Source: Octopus sinensis (Eukaryota). From it: a DNA stretch of 64,000 nucleotides. Positions 12,162 to 25,809 of this stretch are shown piece by piece (positions within the stretch are counted from its first letter, which is position 1; each line of letters opens with the position of its first letter). Under the pieces are notes generated by a model. It had not been told where the DNA came from. It saw nothing but the letters and a program-made list of their open reading frames with translations, and searched no databases. The translations under genes and the position numbers were made by a program. The stretch lies in contig NC_042997.1 in assembly GCF_006345805.1 (NCBI RefSeq), positions 12,524,001 to 12,588,000 of the forward strand, read 5' to 3'.

Positions 12162-12735
12162 TAGTTTTATTTTTATAGCGTGCTTTCACTTCACTACCGA
12201 GCGCAGCTCTGTGTGCCTTGGGTATGTGCTGTGATTTGTTGTGATGCTCTGATGGTCATTGTATGGAAAGTGTTCTGCGTAGGATGTGTGCAGTGCCTAG
12301 TAGTGCAATTTTCTGTATGTTATATGTGTTTGTAAGTCCTGGTGTTTTTGTTATGTATTTGTCTGAATATTTTTTTATCGTGCCTAATGCACCTACTATG
12401 ATATGAATTGTTTCTGTTTTCAGGTTCCACATTCTAGTTACCTCTATTTCCAGGTCTTTGTATTTTGAGAGTTTCTCCATTTCTTTTAGAGACACGTTGT
12501 CATCTGCCGGTATTGATACATCAATTAGAAAGCATTTTTTTTCTTCATGATCTCTGACAACTATATCTGGTCTGTTGGCCTTAATTTCTCTATCTGTGTG
12601 TATCGGCATATCCCAGAGTATGGTTGCTTTCTCGTTTTCTGTGACCTTTTCTGGTGTGTGCCTATACCATCTTTTTTCTGTTGTTATTCCATAATGTTGG
12701 CATAGCTTCCAATGTATGTAGGTTCCAACTCTGTC
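12159..12735 (-). mobile_element. R4/Dong-like non-LTR retrotransposon, 5'-truncated 3' end (restriction-like endonuclease domain plus 3' UTR)
   Basis: Uninterrupted frame 12735-12256: DRVGTYIHWKLCQHYGITTEKRWYRHTPEKVTENEKATILWDMPIHTDREIKANRPDIVVRDHEEKKCFLIDVSIP...EKLSKYKDL...KIALLGTAHILRRTLSIQ*. RPD..D..K is the PD-(D/E)xK signature of RLE LINEs. ~100-nt 3' UTR, then (TAA)n. Confidence 0.9.
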
Positions 12736-12751
12736 ATTATTATTATTATTA

Positions 12752-12783
<32 letters not shown>

Positions 12784-12787
<4 letters not shown>

Positions 12788-13149
12788 TAGTACATTTTTT
12801 TATATCGTGCTTTCACTTCACTACCGAGCACAGCTCTGTGTGCCTTGGGTATGTACTGTGATTTATTGTAATGCTCTGATGGTTATTGTATGGAAAGTGT
12901 TCTGCGTAGGATGTGTGAAGTGCCTAGTAGTGCAATTTTCTGTATGTTATATGCGTTTGTAAGTCCTGGTGTTTTTGTTATATATTTGTCTGAATATTTT
13001 TTATCATGCCTAATGCACCTATTATGATAGGAATTTTTTCTGTTTTTAGATTCCACATTCTGGTTACCTCTATTTCCAGGTCTTTGTATTTTGAAAGTTT
13101 CTCCATTTCTTTTAGAGACACGTTGTCATCAGCTGGTATTGATACATCA
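12784..13149 (-). mobile_element. Second, shorter R4/Dong-like 3' end in tandem with the first
   Basis: Near-identical to 12159-12530; reads DVSIPADDNVSLKEMEKLSKYKDLEIEVTRMWNLK, with a 1-nt deletion in the A-run at IKK. Flanked on both sides by (ATT)n. Confidence 0.9.
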
Positions 13150-13205
<56 letters not shown>

Positions 13206-14815
13206 GTTATTATTATTATTAATTTGTATTTTCTGGGTCTGGAGGATATAGCCCCTGACTCTGTACAGTTGTGCAGTATAGAGAAGTAGAACATTTGCGA
13301 AGTGAGGGAGGAAGGAAATATTTATGAAAAGAAACTGAACGAAACAACGACAGAGAAAATGAAAGAAAAAAGAGATTGTAGTGTTGAATAAATTTTGAAG
13401 AAAATTGAAGTTAGAGAATAAAAGAGTTCACCAGGACATAAGGAATTGTTGTTGTTGATGATGATGTTACTGTTACTCTTTAGCCCCCATGTCAGTTCTG
13501 ATGATGCAGAACACCGATCAAAGCTTTTCTGACCCTATGTTCATCCGCCTTTTATTCTCTCCAGCGTATCTAGGACTATAGCAATAATTTATTCCATCAT
13601 TATTTCTTAAGGCAGTAGTGTCCGGTTTAAACGAACTTGGATGAAGGTTTCAGTATTTCGGGTGACCCGATAACGTAGAGAACCTCTTCCCAATGATTCA
13701 TGAAAATCTGGCAAATAATACAGTAGTAAAAAATAGATGCACCTGGACTAACCTACGACTAACTAACTAAATAGGACTTACCTACAGAAAAATTTTAAGC
13801 TGGCACTGCTTATTAAAAGGAACAAATTTACCTCTTCATTTCCGCTAAAACGGCAACTTAGAGGAATGAACTGCACTTAGCATGCTGCCCCTAATTCGCA
13901 GTCAGGGATTTTTCGAGACTGCCGTTAACATTCAATGCGTTGCACAGCATCGTAGTCCTAAGCCGGAGTGAGTACATGATCCACTGGCGGGATACTGATA
14001 ACTTGAGTCAACTTCAGGTCATAGAGTAGTGTGGATGCGGCTGATAGGAACGATTATATAAAGAGAACATTGTTGAATTAAGTATCAAAGGACACTGTGT
14101 CGTAACCTGCATTGGTAAAGATCAGTAGATCTAAGCATGGCTCTGGAGTTAATTTTGTTTTGCAACTGCGTAGCTTCCATTTCGATCAAATTGTATCATA
14201 ATTTAAGCATAGGTCTTCAGTCATATTTTCAGATCGGTAAAATTTTGTGAAGGAAATTTGCTGTGCAGAAACTGTGCGGAAATCCGCTGCAACGATTGCT
14301 TCTGTTCGAGAGTGGAAAATTAGTTTAAAAAAACACAAAAAACCTTTAGTGTGGTACAATTTATAAGAATATTCAAGTCGGGTTTTCAATCTAAAAGTTA
14401 CTAAGTTTCTATTCACTCATCAATCTCGGAGGTCGTTAAAACTTTTGGGGTTTCTGTCCTAATTTCTTTGAATGAATCTTAAAAAAGCAAAATCAATTTG
14501 CAAATCCAAGATAGGTAACACATTTTCATTTATTGTGAGATCTGTTGAGGTTAATATTTCCAGGGTTGCCTTTCATATAATATCATAGAAATGAACAAAA
14601 AGAAAACAAGTGATGCGAGAAAGAATGAATGTAATAAGGAGTATACAAAAATTTATTTGGAAATATAGATTGATAGATACGTTTGACTATGAGGAGGAAT
14701 GATAGCCTAAATGATGATGAGTGAGAGTGAAAGAAGAATGGCGTATTAGGAAGAATCAGACAGAGGAGTGTATGCACAGACACGTGCACACACACACATA
14801 TACACATAGACAGAC

Positions 14816-14882
<67 letters not shown>

Positions 14883-15790
14883 GAGATAGATAAATAGATA
14901 GATAGACAGATAGATTAAGAGCGAGAGAGACAGAGGAAAGGAAAAGAAAGACAGAGAGAGACTTACAGATAGACAAACAAAAAGGGGGAAGAGAGCGATC
15001 GAGAAAGAAAAATGTTTAATCAAGTGTCTAATTGCTTAATTGATTCATTGATTAATTAACTGGTTGATTTAATTGATCGATAGAATTATTAAGAAAATGT
15101 ACGAGGCGGGAGTGCTGTGTGAGTGTATGTGCATGTGTACGTGAGTGTGTGTGTGCTTGCGTGTGTGTGTGTGTGTATGTGTGTGTTTGCGCGTGTGTGG
15201 GCATGCGAGAATGTATTTACATGTTGGTGCGTGTGCGTACGTGTGCCTGTGTGTGTGTGTTTGCGCGCTCGCTGTTGCGCATGAGTGTAAATGTTTGTAT
15301 GTGTATGTGTGTGTTTGTGATCCATATGGAGAAAGGAGGATAAATGCAGAGTAATTGTTTGAAATATTTTCAAAGATGAATGAAGACGAAGGAGAGAAGG
15401 GAAAGAGAGGTGAGAGTGAGAAGAGAGAGGGAGTGGGAGAAACGGTGGGAGAAACGGAGAGCGAACGAGAAAGAAAGTTAAGAAGGGTGAGAGTGGGATG
15501 TACTTGAGGAAGTTGTAACTGGAATAGCAGAAAACAAGAGATAGAGAGAAACAGAAAGAAAAAAAAGAAAAGGTAAAAAGTGTGTGTGTGAGAGAGAGAG
15601 AGGGAGAGGGAGAGAGCGAGAGCGAGCGAGTGAAAGAATGTATTATATAGACATGTCTATGGAACAAAATGATAGAAGAGAGATAAAAAGAAAATATGTT
15701 GTGATAGCAAGATTGTTATATATATAATATATATATATATATATACATACACACACACCACACACCACACACACTCACACACATATATAT

Positions 15791-15944
15791 AGGCGCAGGA
15801 ATATCTATGTGGTAAGTAGCTTGCTTACCAACCACATGATTCTGGATTCAATCCCACTGCGTGTTACCTTGGGCAAATGCATCGAGCCGAACAAAGCTCT
15901 GTGAGTGGATTTGGTAGACAGAAATTGAAAGAAGCCTGTCGTGT

Positions 15945-15996
<52 letters not shown>

Positions 15997-16203
15997 GCCG
16001 GATCGAACTGTCTCAAGCGTAACAGCCTGAAACAGTAAGGACATCTGGTATACTTAACTGAAGAAAGAAGGCCTCGAATGACCCGTGTCTTTCTTTGCCT
16101 GTCCTTTTAATTGTTGTTTCTCCTGTCCGCCTTTGTATCGTCTATCTGTCCGAATGTTTTATGGTCCTCTATTGCGTTTGTGTTCCCTTATGTGTGTGTA
16201 TGT

Positions 16204-16246
<43 letters not shown>

Positions 16247-16435
16247 TATGTTTGTACCCCCATCATCGCTTGACAACCGATGCTGGTGTGTTTATGTCCC
16301 CGCAACAGTGGTTTGGCAAAAGAGTGATAGAATAAGTACTAGGCCTACGAAGATTAAATCCTGGGGTCGATTTGTTCGACTAAATGTAGTGCTCCAGCAT
16401 GGCCACAGTCGAATGACTGCAGCAAATAAAAGAAT
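15791..16435 (+). mobile_element. SINE family C, bipartite copy with ~190 bp of extra sequence inside its microsatellite
   Basis: Head/core 15791-15942, (CA)n(TA)n, unrelated 15997-16185, (TG)n, then 3' part to GCTCCAGCATGGCCACAGTC...AAATAAAAGAAT. Confidence 0.8.
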
Positions 16436-17231
16436 ATCTTATAACCGAAAAAGAAACCTACTCTCTATCAGAGAAGGAAACACGCATAGAGAGAAACGGG
16501 CAAATAGAAACATAGATAGATAGATAGATAGAAACAGAGAGAGAGGGGAGAATTAGAGAGAGGGGAGAAAGAGAGAAAGAGGAGAAAGAGAAATGGAGAG
16601 AGGGGAGAGAGAGAGAGAGACTGGCTGACAGACAGAAAAAATAAAAAGAATGTCAACATATTTGTTCCAAATTTTGGCACATGGTGAGAATTTTCGGGAA
16701 AGAGGATAAGTTGATTCACTGGTTCTTGTTTTATCAACCCCGAAAGTACGAAAGGCAAAGTCGACCTCGGCTGAATGTAGTCTCATAACATAACAATGGA
16801 CGAAATACCGCTAACGATTCTGCCAGTTCGTTTTCTTAGATTGTATTGATAATATTAACAAAATATAATACTAGTGGTTATTAAATGTTAGATAGGTTGA
16901 CAGCTTATTTTTTATATACACGATCTTATAGTAAATAATTTATTATTTCTGTTGTATTAAGTATTGTTGCTACTGATTGACGAAGCGTCTAGCTTATCTC
17001 AAAGAAAACTGTTAGGTTTTTACATGCATACATACATACATACATTCATACATACATACATACATACATACATACATACATACATACATACATACATTAC
17101 ATACATTGACACACAATTATATCCACCTATATATATAAATATATGCGTACAATTATATATGTATGTATACACATATACAGATATAAAAGGGTGTATGTGA
17201 TACATATAACACACAAGCATACGTATGCATG

Positions 17232-17262
<31 letters not shown>

Positions 17263-17689
17263 TCAAAAAGTGCCAGCATTCTCTGCCGTTAATTGCCGTG
17301 GACTCAATATTTGGGCAGTGAGATATTAAACCCTCCAGAGATAATAAGAATTTATAAATCACTTATGCTAAGTAGGTTAAACGACTGCTCACCACTTTGG
17401 TCTCGTACTAGACTAGGTCTTACATCCTAACCAGAGAAATTCCATAGATGTTTCGCAGCTTTAGCCATGCTACCAAGAACGACGTAATGTATTAACGGAT
17501 ACGCACAAAATCCCACTCGTACCAACCCATACATCACGCGTTGGTACATAATATGAGTTTATGTGTGTATATATGAGTATGTGTATGCTAAACAATATAT
17601 ACGTATGCACACTCACTTAGATATGCATGCTTATATATTTGTGTATATATATATAGTTTACGTGCGTATTTATACAGACACAAACATTA

Positions 17690-17729
<40 letters not shown>

Positions 17730-17744
17730 GAGAGAGAGAGAGAG

Positions 17745-17811
<67 letters not shown>

Positions 17812-18615
17812 AATATTTTCTTTTGCCCTACCTTCATTCACTAGATTGTGATCATAATAGGGCACCACATTCAAGGTTTTTTGTGTAATATATAACTGAA
17901 AAAATACTTATTACTGTGTTGTATTTATTTTATCGGCTCCTAGTTGCTGAACCGCTAATTTACAGGATACAACACGAACATGCATATAGATTATAACTTC
18001 ATAGAACGTACCTATTCATGCACGTTGCTGTGAAAAAAACTATTCATTGATAATGTGCATTCGAGCGGGTGTTTTCCACTGATGTTCAATCATTATATGA
18101 AGTCATGTCAGTTATTTTTTCACACAATTACATAATCTTTTGTGAGTATCATAGTAATCTTTACAAATCGAAATCCTCATAGATTTTTGTGTTTGATTGG
18201 TAGAAATATAAAGGGTTCAGTTGGAGGGGATAAAGTAGTACCCATGATCTTTGCAGGTCTCTCAAACTGCTTAGGTTGATGCTTCAGCTGTCAAAAGACT
18301 GAATACCTGTCTAGTGTGTAGAAAATTCATACTCGGAGAGTAAGCCACCCGGTTGATTCTAATGCTCTCAGTATAATTATCTCTGTAAAAGTTACATATT
18401 CGCTAGAAGGTGTCAATCACCCCAGATTACAAGAATAAACACAGTAATGTAAGCTAACGAAATAAAATTGCTGCCGCATTAAAAGACAACATCATCGTGG
18501 TTCAGACCTATTGTAGAATTGAAGCTTATTCCTTCCTGCTAAAAATTAACCCTTTAATCAAACGTTATTTCCAATGTTGATATGACAAATATATGCTATT
18601 CCTACTACCAAAATA

Positions 18616-18855
18616 TTGAGTTGTCCGGAAAGTTCGTGCCGATTCTCAAAGGAAAGAAAAAGGTCAGTAAATACTTGCCGTTAGATTTTTAATCAACCAA
18701 ATATGAACCATTTTGTTGCACAACGCATCTCCCTCTTTCCTTTAACTTGAAAATACCCTCTTCCCAGAAATCCTATTCTATGGACTCAACCATGTTCTAA
18801 AACAAGTCGAAAGATAAACTACTATAAATCGGCACGAACTTTCCGGCCAACCCAA
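18616..18855. mobile_element. Mariner-type MITE, 240 bp, 29-bp terminal inverted repeats
   Basis: TTGAGTTGTCCGGAAAGTTCGTGCCGATT (18616-18644) versus AATCGGCACGAACTTTCCGGCCAACCCAA (18827-18855), 2 mismatches. TA precedes the left end; the right flank is CA. No ORF. Confidence 0.8.
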
Positions 18856-20840
18856 CAGATTCGGGTATGGAGAGCTATATCTCATGGACATGGAAACCAC
18901 CTAAAGGTGAAAATCAATTGTTTCCGAATGAGAGACTGATAACAAAAGAATTGCAAAACTGTCAAGAATACGTAGTTCCACGTTGTACTGACCCAAAATA
19001 CTAACATGGGGATATAGTCAAAATAAAATATAGATTTTTGCTAATTTAATAAGGTATGTGATAAATGCATATTATATATATATAATCATTGTTAAAATCA
19101 TAATTTAGGGTATCTAACAGATACCATCACGCTTGAAATAGCAGCCAAAATTTGGCTCTAAAACCTTAGATACCCCCCCCATGTTTGCCTCTTGATAAGT
19201 TAGATATTTAAATAACGATCTTATCCTTATTTAAATAAATTTATGTATATATATATATATACATACAGAGAGAGAGAGGGGGAGAGGAAAGGGGCGGAGA
19301 GTGAGGGAGTATGGAGAGAGGGGAAAGGGAGAAGGGAGAAAGAGGCACCTAGTTTAGACTGTAGATTTGATTCTTAGGCTGGGTGGTGAGCTGTGTCCTG
19401 ATGCAAAACATTTCATTTCCTGTTGCTCCTGTCCAGCTGGGCAAAATGAATAATCCTGCGACGGACTTAGGGAAGAATGTATACTCCACAGAATCTGGGA
19501 AACCGGCCTAATGAGAATATGAGTCGGGAAGGAGCTTTGATCCTTTTTTCTTTTTGACATATATGTAACACGCACAAACACACATACACACAAGCTATGT
19601 CTATCAGAAGAAACGTTTGTAATGCTAAATAAATGTCATGGCCATGTAAGAGTAGAAACACATCTGAACTTAGGCTAACACCATTAACGTCCTCATGCTC
19701 ATACTTCTGCATGCATCTACAGACGGTCTATTTGAAGAGCTCCCCAGATAAACTGCACTCGTCAGGTACGAACTTCAAAGCTCAGAGTCTTCACATGTCG
19801 CCATCAGTCACCGTAATACAAACATTTAAACATATCACACTGATCATCATTTTAATCGCCCCACTTTTCTTCTTTATATTTTCTTAACCCATCCCTATTT
19901 TCTTCCTTTTATCTAATTCATCTCTTTGTCATCCTTAATTTGTCTTTCTGTAAGTTTAACAACTGAGCGACACGCTATTTATTAGTCTATGTACTCGCCT
20001 TTCATTCAGAGCCCCCGACTATCTATTACCCTAATTTCTTTCATGTCCTTTTACCTTTCTAAATTTGTATCCAACATTTAATTTATCTTTTTGCATGCAT
20101 GCAAATCTCTACCCCTCTCTCTCTCTTTCTCATATATATATATATATATATATATATCAGCCCTACCCATTCCTACTATTATATACTTAATGTCTGTTCA
20201 ATAGCTTTTCATTCACACATAATCAACCATGTTAAACTTTCTGTAAAACCCGTTTTCTTAAACAATCTCTCTTTCACAGTTTTAGGGACCTCGTACTCCC
20301 ACCTTACGACAGACTGAAGTTGTACCTGATGCTTTGTCAGACAGCATATTTATCTATCTCTTAATGTAGCCTTTGCCTGTTGGACTAATCCAGAAATTTC
20401 CCTTTATACTTGTTTGGTGTTTGCAATCTGATCATATGCAGAAGTTAGCTTGATAATAACCAACACAATTCTAATCACCACCACATCCCCAATCACCTTA
20501 ACTGGCTTTCATACTGAGTCATAGCCTCAAGAAACAATCGTTCATTCAGCTAGAAATAACAACCAAATTTCCCTCAGATGGTAAGCTGTTGTCTTCAAAA
20601 CAACAATAATACATTGCATAATGGTAAGTTAGAGACACTATGTTTGAAGAACTAAAAGATGAGATAGTCACAGCTGGAATATGTTAGGTTATAGGTCCAC
20701 TAAATTAGATGGAAACTGGGTATGTGTGTACATATATAGTTAATCCAAACATGAACAAAGAGAAAACACAACAACGCGAGGACATGGAACAAGTATAGTG
20801 TTATTGGACGCTCAGCAAAGGAAAGAAAGAAGGAGGATTT

Positions 20841-20867
20841 AACGTTTCCAGCGGAGCTCTTCGTCAG
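20841..20867 (-). ncRNA. Minimal type I hammerhead ribozyme motif (Penelope-like), one stem II mismatch
   Basis: rc: GTTT-CTGACGA-A-GAGC-TCC-GCTG-GAAAC-GTT-AAAT. Canonical CUGANGA and GAAA cores, palindromic ACGU stem III, stem I from GUUU/AAAU. Confidence 0.6.
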
Positions 20868-20911
20868 AAACATAGAAAAAGGTAAGGTCCAAGGAAGGGA
20901 AGACGGCCAGA

Positions 20912-20981
<70 letters not shown>

Positions 20982-21000
20982 AGTGTATGTTTCTAAGTGT

Positions 21001-21200
21001 TGTGTTTGACGTCCACCACAAACAGACAATCGCTGTTTGTCTGTTTACTCCCTTGGAACTGAGTAGCTAGGCAAAAGAAATCGATAGATAAGTACTAAAT
21101 TTTAAAGTAAGTGCTGGAATCGATCTGTTTAACCAAACCTTTCAAAGCGGTGCCCCAGTATGACCGCAGTCCAGTAACTTAAACAAGTAAAAGATAAAAG
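21001..21200 (+). mobile_element. SINE family C, 3' part only, degenerate
   Basis: GATAGATAAGTACT...GCGGTGCCCCAGTATGACCGCAGTCC...AAACAAGTAAAAGA. Confidence 0.65.
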
Positions 21201-22088
21201 AAAAAACGTTTTGCGATATTCTGCTACAAACGTTTACGATATGAGTTCAAATCCTACGGATTTCAAATACCAATAATATATACAAGGGCCGATTTAGCCC
21301 ATTGCCATTATATCTGTTCCCTTATAAAATTGTGGGCCTCTGGCAACGTAAGGAATTAGCATTTGAAGTTATAAATCTATTTCATTTCGCTCGATTAAGT
21401 AGAGATATTCGGCTGTCAGACTTTTGAAGTGGTTTCGAAACAACTTTCAGTTCAACACCACATCGCCCCACCAACAGCACCACCACCATTACCACCTTCC
21501 CTCCACCACCAAATCTACCATCAATACTACGCCTACCATTACCCTCACCACCACCTGTCTTCACACCACGCCCATCAGCAAGCACTATGCCTAAACTACC
21601 ACCCCAACATTACCAACCCCTTCGTCCTACCCAGCCCTTGCATTCATTTTCCTTCCTTTCCGGCTCAATAGATTCATTACCCGCATCCCACCCGTCATTA
21701 TATACCAAACAACCGTTCCCCGTTAATAACAATAGAACAACAGTGAATGAATGAATAGATAAACAAATAAATAAAACGGCCCTTGTTTAAGTGTTGAGAA
21801 ATGAACCGGCAACACCTGAATTAGGGTACGTTAGTGAAAGGGCAGGAGAAAAGATGGAGGCTGGGCAGAGGAAACAGAGACTAAATTTGTAAATAATATC
21901 TGCGTGCATGCGTACGTGTCTACGAGTGATAGATAGATAGAAAGAGAGATAGAGACAGAGAAAGAGAGATAGAGACAGAGAGAGAGAGAGAGAGAAAAAA
22001 AAAAGAAAGACAGACACAGACAGAGAGAAGAGAGAGGGGAGTAAGGGAAACTGAGTCAGTGAGTAGTCGAATGAGTGTGAAAATGCGT

Positions 22089-22133
<45 letters not shown>

Positions 22134-22464
22134 ATAGAGGGAGGAAAAGAGAGAAAGTGTGTGTGAGTGAGTAATTCAGTAAGTGGGTAGTCGAATGAGC
22201 GAGAGAATGCGTGGGAGAAAGAAAGAAAGAAAGAGAAAGAGAGAAGAGAGAGTCCGATTAACAATCTGATTATAGTTAACAGAGAAGAATTAAGGAATGC
22301 GTACGTATATGCAAGAGAGGCCTCGTGTGTGTTATTCGTCTGTGTGTGTGTGAGTACACCCACCCACCCACCAACCTTCACACACATGCCATCCATGGAT
22401 TATTGTTCTTATTATTATATGCCTATAATATAAATATATATATATATACATTTATATATATATA

Positions 22465-22513
<49 letters not shown>

Positions 22514-22527
22514 ATATAAATATAAAT

Positions 22528-22565
<38 letters not shown>

Positions 22566-23798
22566 GGCATATAGTAATAATAACAATAATCCTTTGATGG
22601 CATATATGTGTGTTGTGTGCATGTGTGTGTATATAAGTATATTTATATACATGTATATATATATATATATATATATGTGTGAGTGTGTGTGTGTGTGGTG
22701 ATTGGTAGGCAGTCAAAACAAATTAGATAGATGCTTAGTTTTATAGGATTGGCGGATAAGCTCATATCGATAAATATAAATAGAAAAAGTATGGATACGT
22801 TTTGGTAGTGTCATATTAAATGTATTTACACATTTTTTGTCTTATTTCATTGCTTCTATTTCGTTATAAGCAAATATTTCATAATTCCATCTTTGTAATA
22901 ATTCACATTAACCGAATCGCTCACACATGTGATATATGTCTGCTTTTTACACACACAAACACATACACACACACATGCATATCTATGCATCTCTTCCCCT
23001 CTCTCTCTATCTATCATGTATCATTCATTCTATTTCAGCCACACACGTGTGTACATACATATTTACACACTCACATATATTCGAATATGTTTTTGTGTGT
23101 ATAAGGTTGAAAAAATATCATTATAGGTATAAATATACCATAAGCAATTATAGAAAAATGGAGGAGGAAAAGATATTGAATCAAAATTAGATTTAATACA
23201 AAACAGGATTCAATACATGCGCGCGTTTCAAAGGACAATACAAATATGTAAGTAAAACATTATAATCATCGTAATTATAATTAAATTTATGCATTGTCAA
23301 TCTCATCAGTGTGAGGAATTTTTGGAGGGACATCAAAAAAGTTTAATAAAATAAAGTAAATTAAGATAAAATAAGGGAGAATACAAATGGGGTAATAGGG
23401 AAAATATCGGATAATTACAAGCAGGTTGTGTGTATATGTATGTGCGAGTGTGAGTGTGTACGCGTGTGTGTCCGTAAGTGTGGAAGCACGTGGTTCAATG
23501 CTTAGGGTGTTGAACTCATGATCGTAAAAGAGAGCAGACAATGGTTGAAGCGTTCTGATGAAAGATCAGCTGAGCAAGGATTAAGTACCTATAAACAGAG
23601 AATGGAATTAATGTGTATGAGAGAGAAGTGGGTATTATTGAATAGTTGATCCCTCTAATGATTCTCCTCCTCTTTGCTGCCTTTTATTGGCATGTTATAG
23701 GTGGGGTTTATTTGGTTCAACGATACAAGGCTCCAAGAGCCAACAAATGATTGCGAGAATAGTTGATATGAATCTCTCTCTCTCTCTCTCTTTCCCTC

Positions 23799-23840
<42 letters not shown>

Positions 23841-23965
23841 AACACACACACAAAATAGAAAGCAAATATAACTCTCCCACAAATGTTTGGAGGTGTCCTA
23901 CTTCCGGAGCACGACATCAATCTACATATTCTGTCATCAGGAGGCCCTGATCTTAGAATATCATA

Positions 23966-24060
23966 TAGTCAATATTATTTAGCTCTACACACACACACAC
24001 ACAGAGACACACACATAATATAACATTGCCAATATTATTTAGCTCCACACACACACACAC

Positions 24061-24105
<45 letters not shown>

Positions 24106-24229
24106 TATAACATTGCCAATATTATTTAGCTCCACACACACACACATAATATAACATTGCCAATATTATTTAGCTCCACACACACACACACACACACATA
24201 CAGTGCCACATAGTCAATATTATTTATCG
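23966..24229. repeat. Tandem repeat: (ATAACATTGCC)AATATTATTTAGCTCC unit followed by variable (AC)n, 4 copies plus a partial
   Basis: AATATTATTTAGCTC(C/T)AC recurs at about 23971, 24031, 24118 and 24161, with a partial at 24215. Confidence 0.9.
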
Positions 24230-24732
24230 TTCCCCGCCACTCACACACACAAATTTCTTTTGTGGAATAGTCTAAGAGTGAGAGAAGAATATATGAATAT
24301 ATGTTATAACAAATGTATATTTAGAATGCTTTACGTTAAAATACATGCAGTCATATGTGTTTATATTTTTAAAAGTTATGCTGCAGAACTGTACGAACTT
24401 AACGAAACAAAATCAAAATACACCCTGAGCGTGTTGCAGCATCAAAAAGATACTGTAAACTAATACAGTAAAACGACAGCAAGAACGAAAACATGGCGGC
24501 CACGACGACGACGACGAAAACGTGGCCGTCGTCGTCATTATCATCGTAAAAAAAACAGCAATAACAAAGAACAACAACATCATTATCAGTATCTTCATTA
24601 ATATGAACACTGACAAAAACAAATTAATCAGTATCAGATTAGACATTACTTGTACAACATAACTGTAGGTAAAAATTTCACCTCCATATTAAATATATAT
24701 ATATATATATATATACACACAACAGCAACATC

Positions 24733-24734
<2 letters not shown>

Positions 24735-24781
<47 letters not shown>

Positions 24782-24801
24782 TAATAATAATGATAATAAT
24801 A

Positions 24802-24857
<56 letters not shown>
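24735..24857. repeat. Long (TAA)n microsatellite
   Basis: About 40 triplets with a few TGA variants. Confidence 0.95.
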
Positions 24858-25809
24858 GTATGAAATGTTGTTATTGTTCAGAAATATGAAAGAGATAATT
24901 AATTAACTCTGATCTCTATTTGCAATGTTGATGTTTATGATACTGACTCAGAAATTATCTGTTTCTTTTTTATTTCCTTAATTAATGAAAAGTTCTAGAA
25001 ATGTATATTTTTTAGCTTTTTTTTTTTATTAAACTTTTGCGAATCAATCTTCTTATCTATTTTTCATTTCCTGAAGCAATTCCCCTAATTCGCTCTTTGA
25101 ACAACATTTGAGCGCTATTTTTTTTTTTTTTATATAAATATATTTTTTACGGCTTTGGTCTGCCATATAAGTGTTCTTGTTTTATCTTTTTTTTTTTTAG
25201 AAGTTGATGCCTTCTAACCACTGTCCAGAAGATTTGACTCCTTAAAGACATACTTCAACAGAAATGGTCGTAAAGATAAGAGATTCTCAACTCTTCTTTA
25301 TAGAGTAGTTGGCCCACACATTCCAATAATGCATGTAAACTGGGCAACTACCCTACGGACGACTTAGTTTATGGGATTATATAGGATGACATATACCATA
25401 TCAGAAATGTAGCGGTATTACAGTGATATCGCACATGCATTGAAGAACACATTCATACAAATTTGTCTTATGTTAGGAAGTACCTGAGATGTCATAACTA
25501 GAATAATAAATTCTCCCTCAAAGCTAAAGATTGGAATACAGGAAATTTAAGGATTCAGCGGTGTACCGTAATAAGAAAACTAAATCCTACTGTGAATAAC
25601 ATAAAACGATGTGCAACGTGATCTGCCAAATAACAGAACACCCAACCTGCTCATGTCGCAATCCACTCATTTACACATAGCTTTTCTATTCAGAGCTATT
25701 TGCAATCTCCTTTTTTTTCTTGATAAAAGGTTCTTTTTACGACGAAATATAGAAATGTAAGGAAAAATTGCCAACCATTGTTTTTAATTTATTTTCGGTT
25801 TTAGTCCTT

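Noticed and set aside
23557-23580. CTGATGA hammerhead core word (also at 13499, 44997, 49087 and 57793)
   Set aside because: No stem II or GAAA at a compatible distance.
23966-24229. CRISPR-like periodicity (also at 54433-54801)
   Set aside because: Spacers are microsatellites, not unique sequence; no cas genes; eukaryotic context.
24488-24545. AAAACATGGCGGCC start/YY1-like context with a GGCCACG/CGTGGCC hairpin
   Set aside because: The ORF is only 18 codons and lies within (GAC)n/(GTC)n low-complexity sequence.
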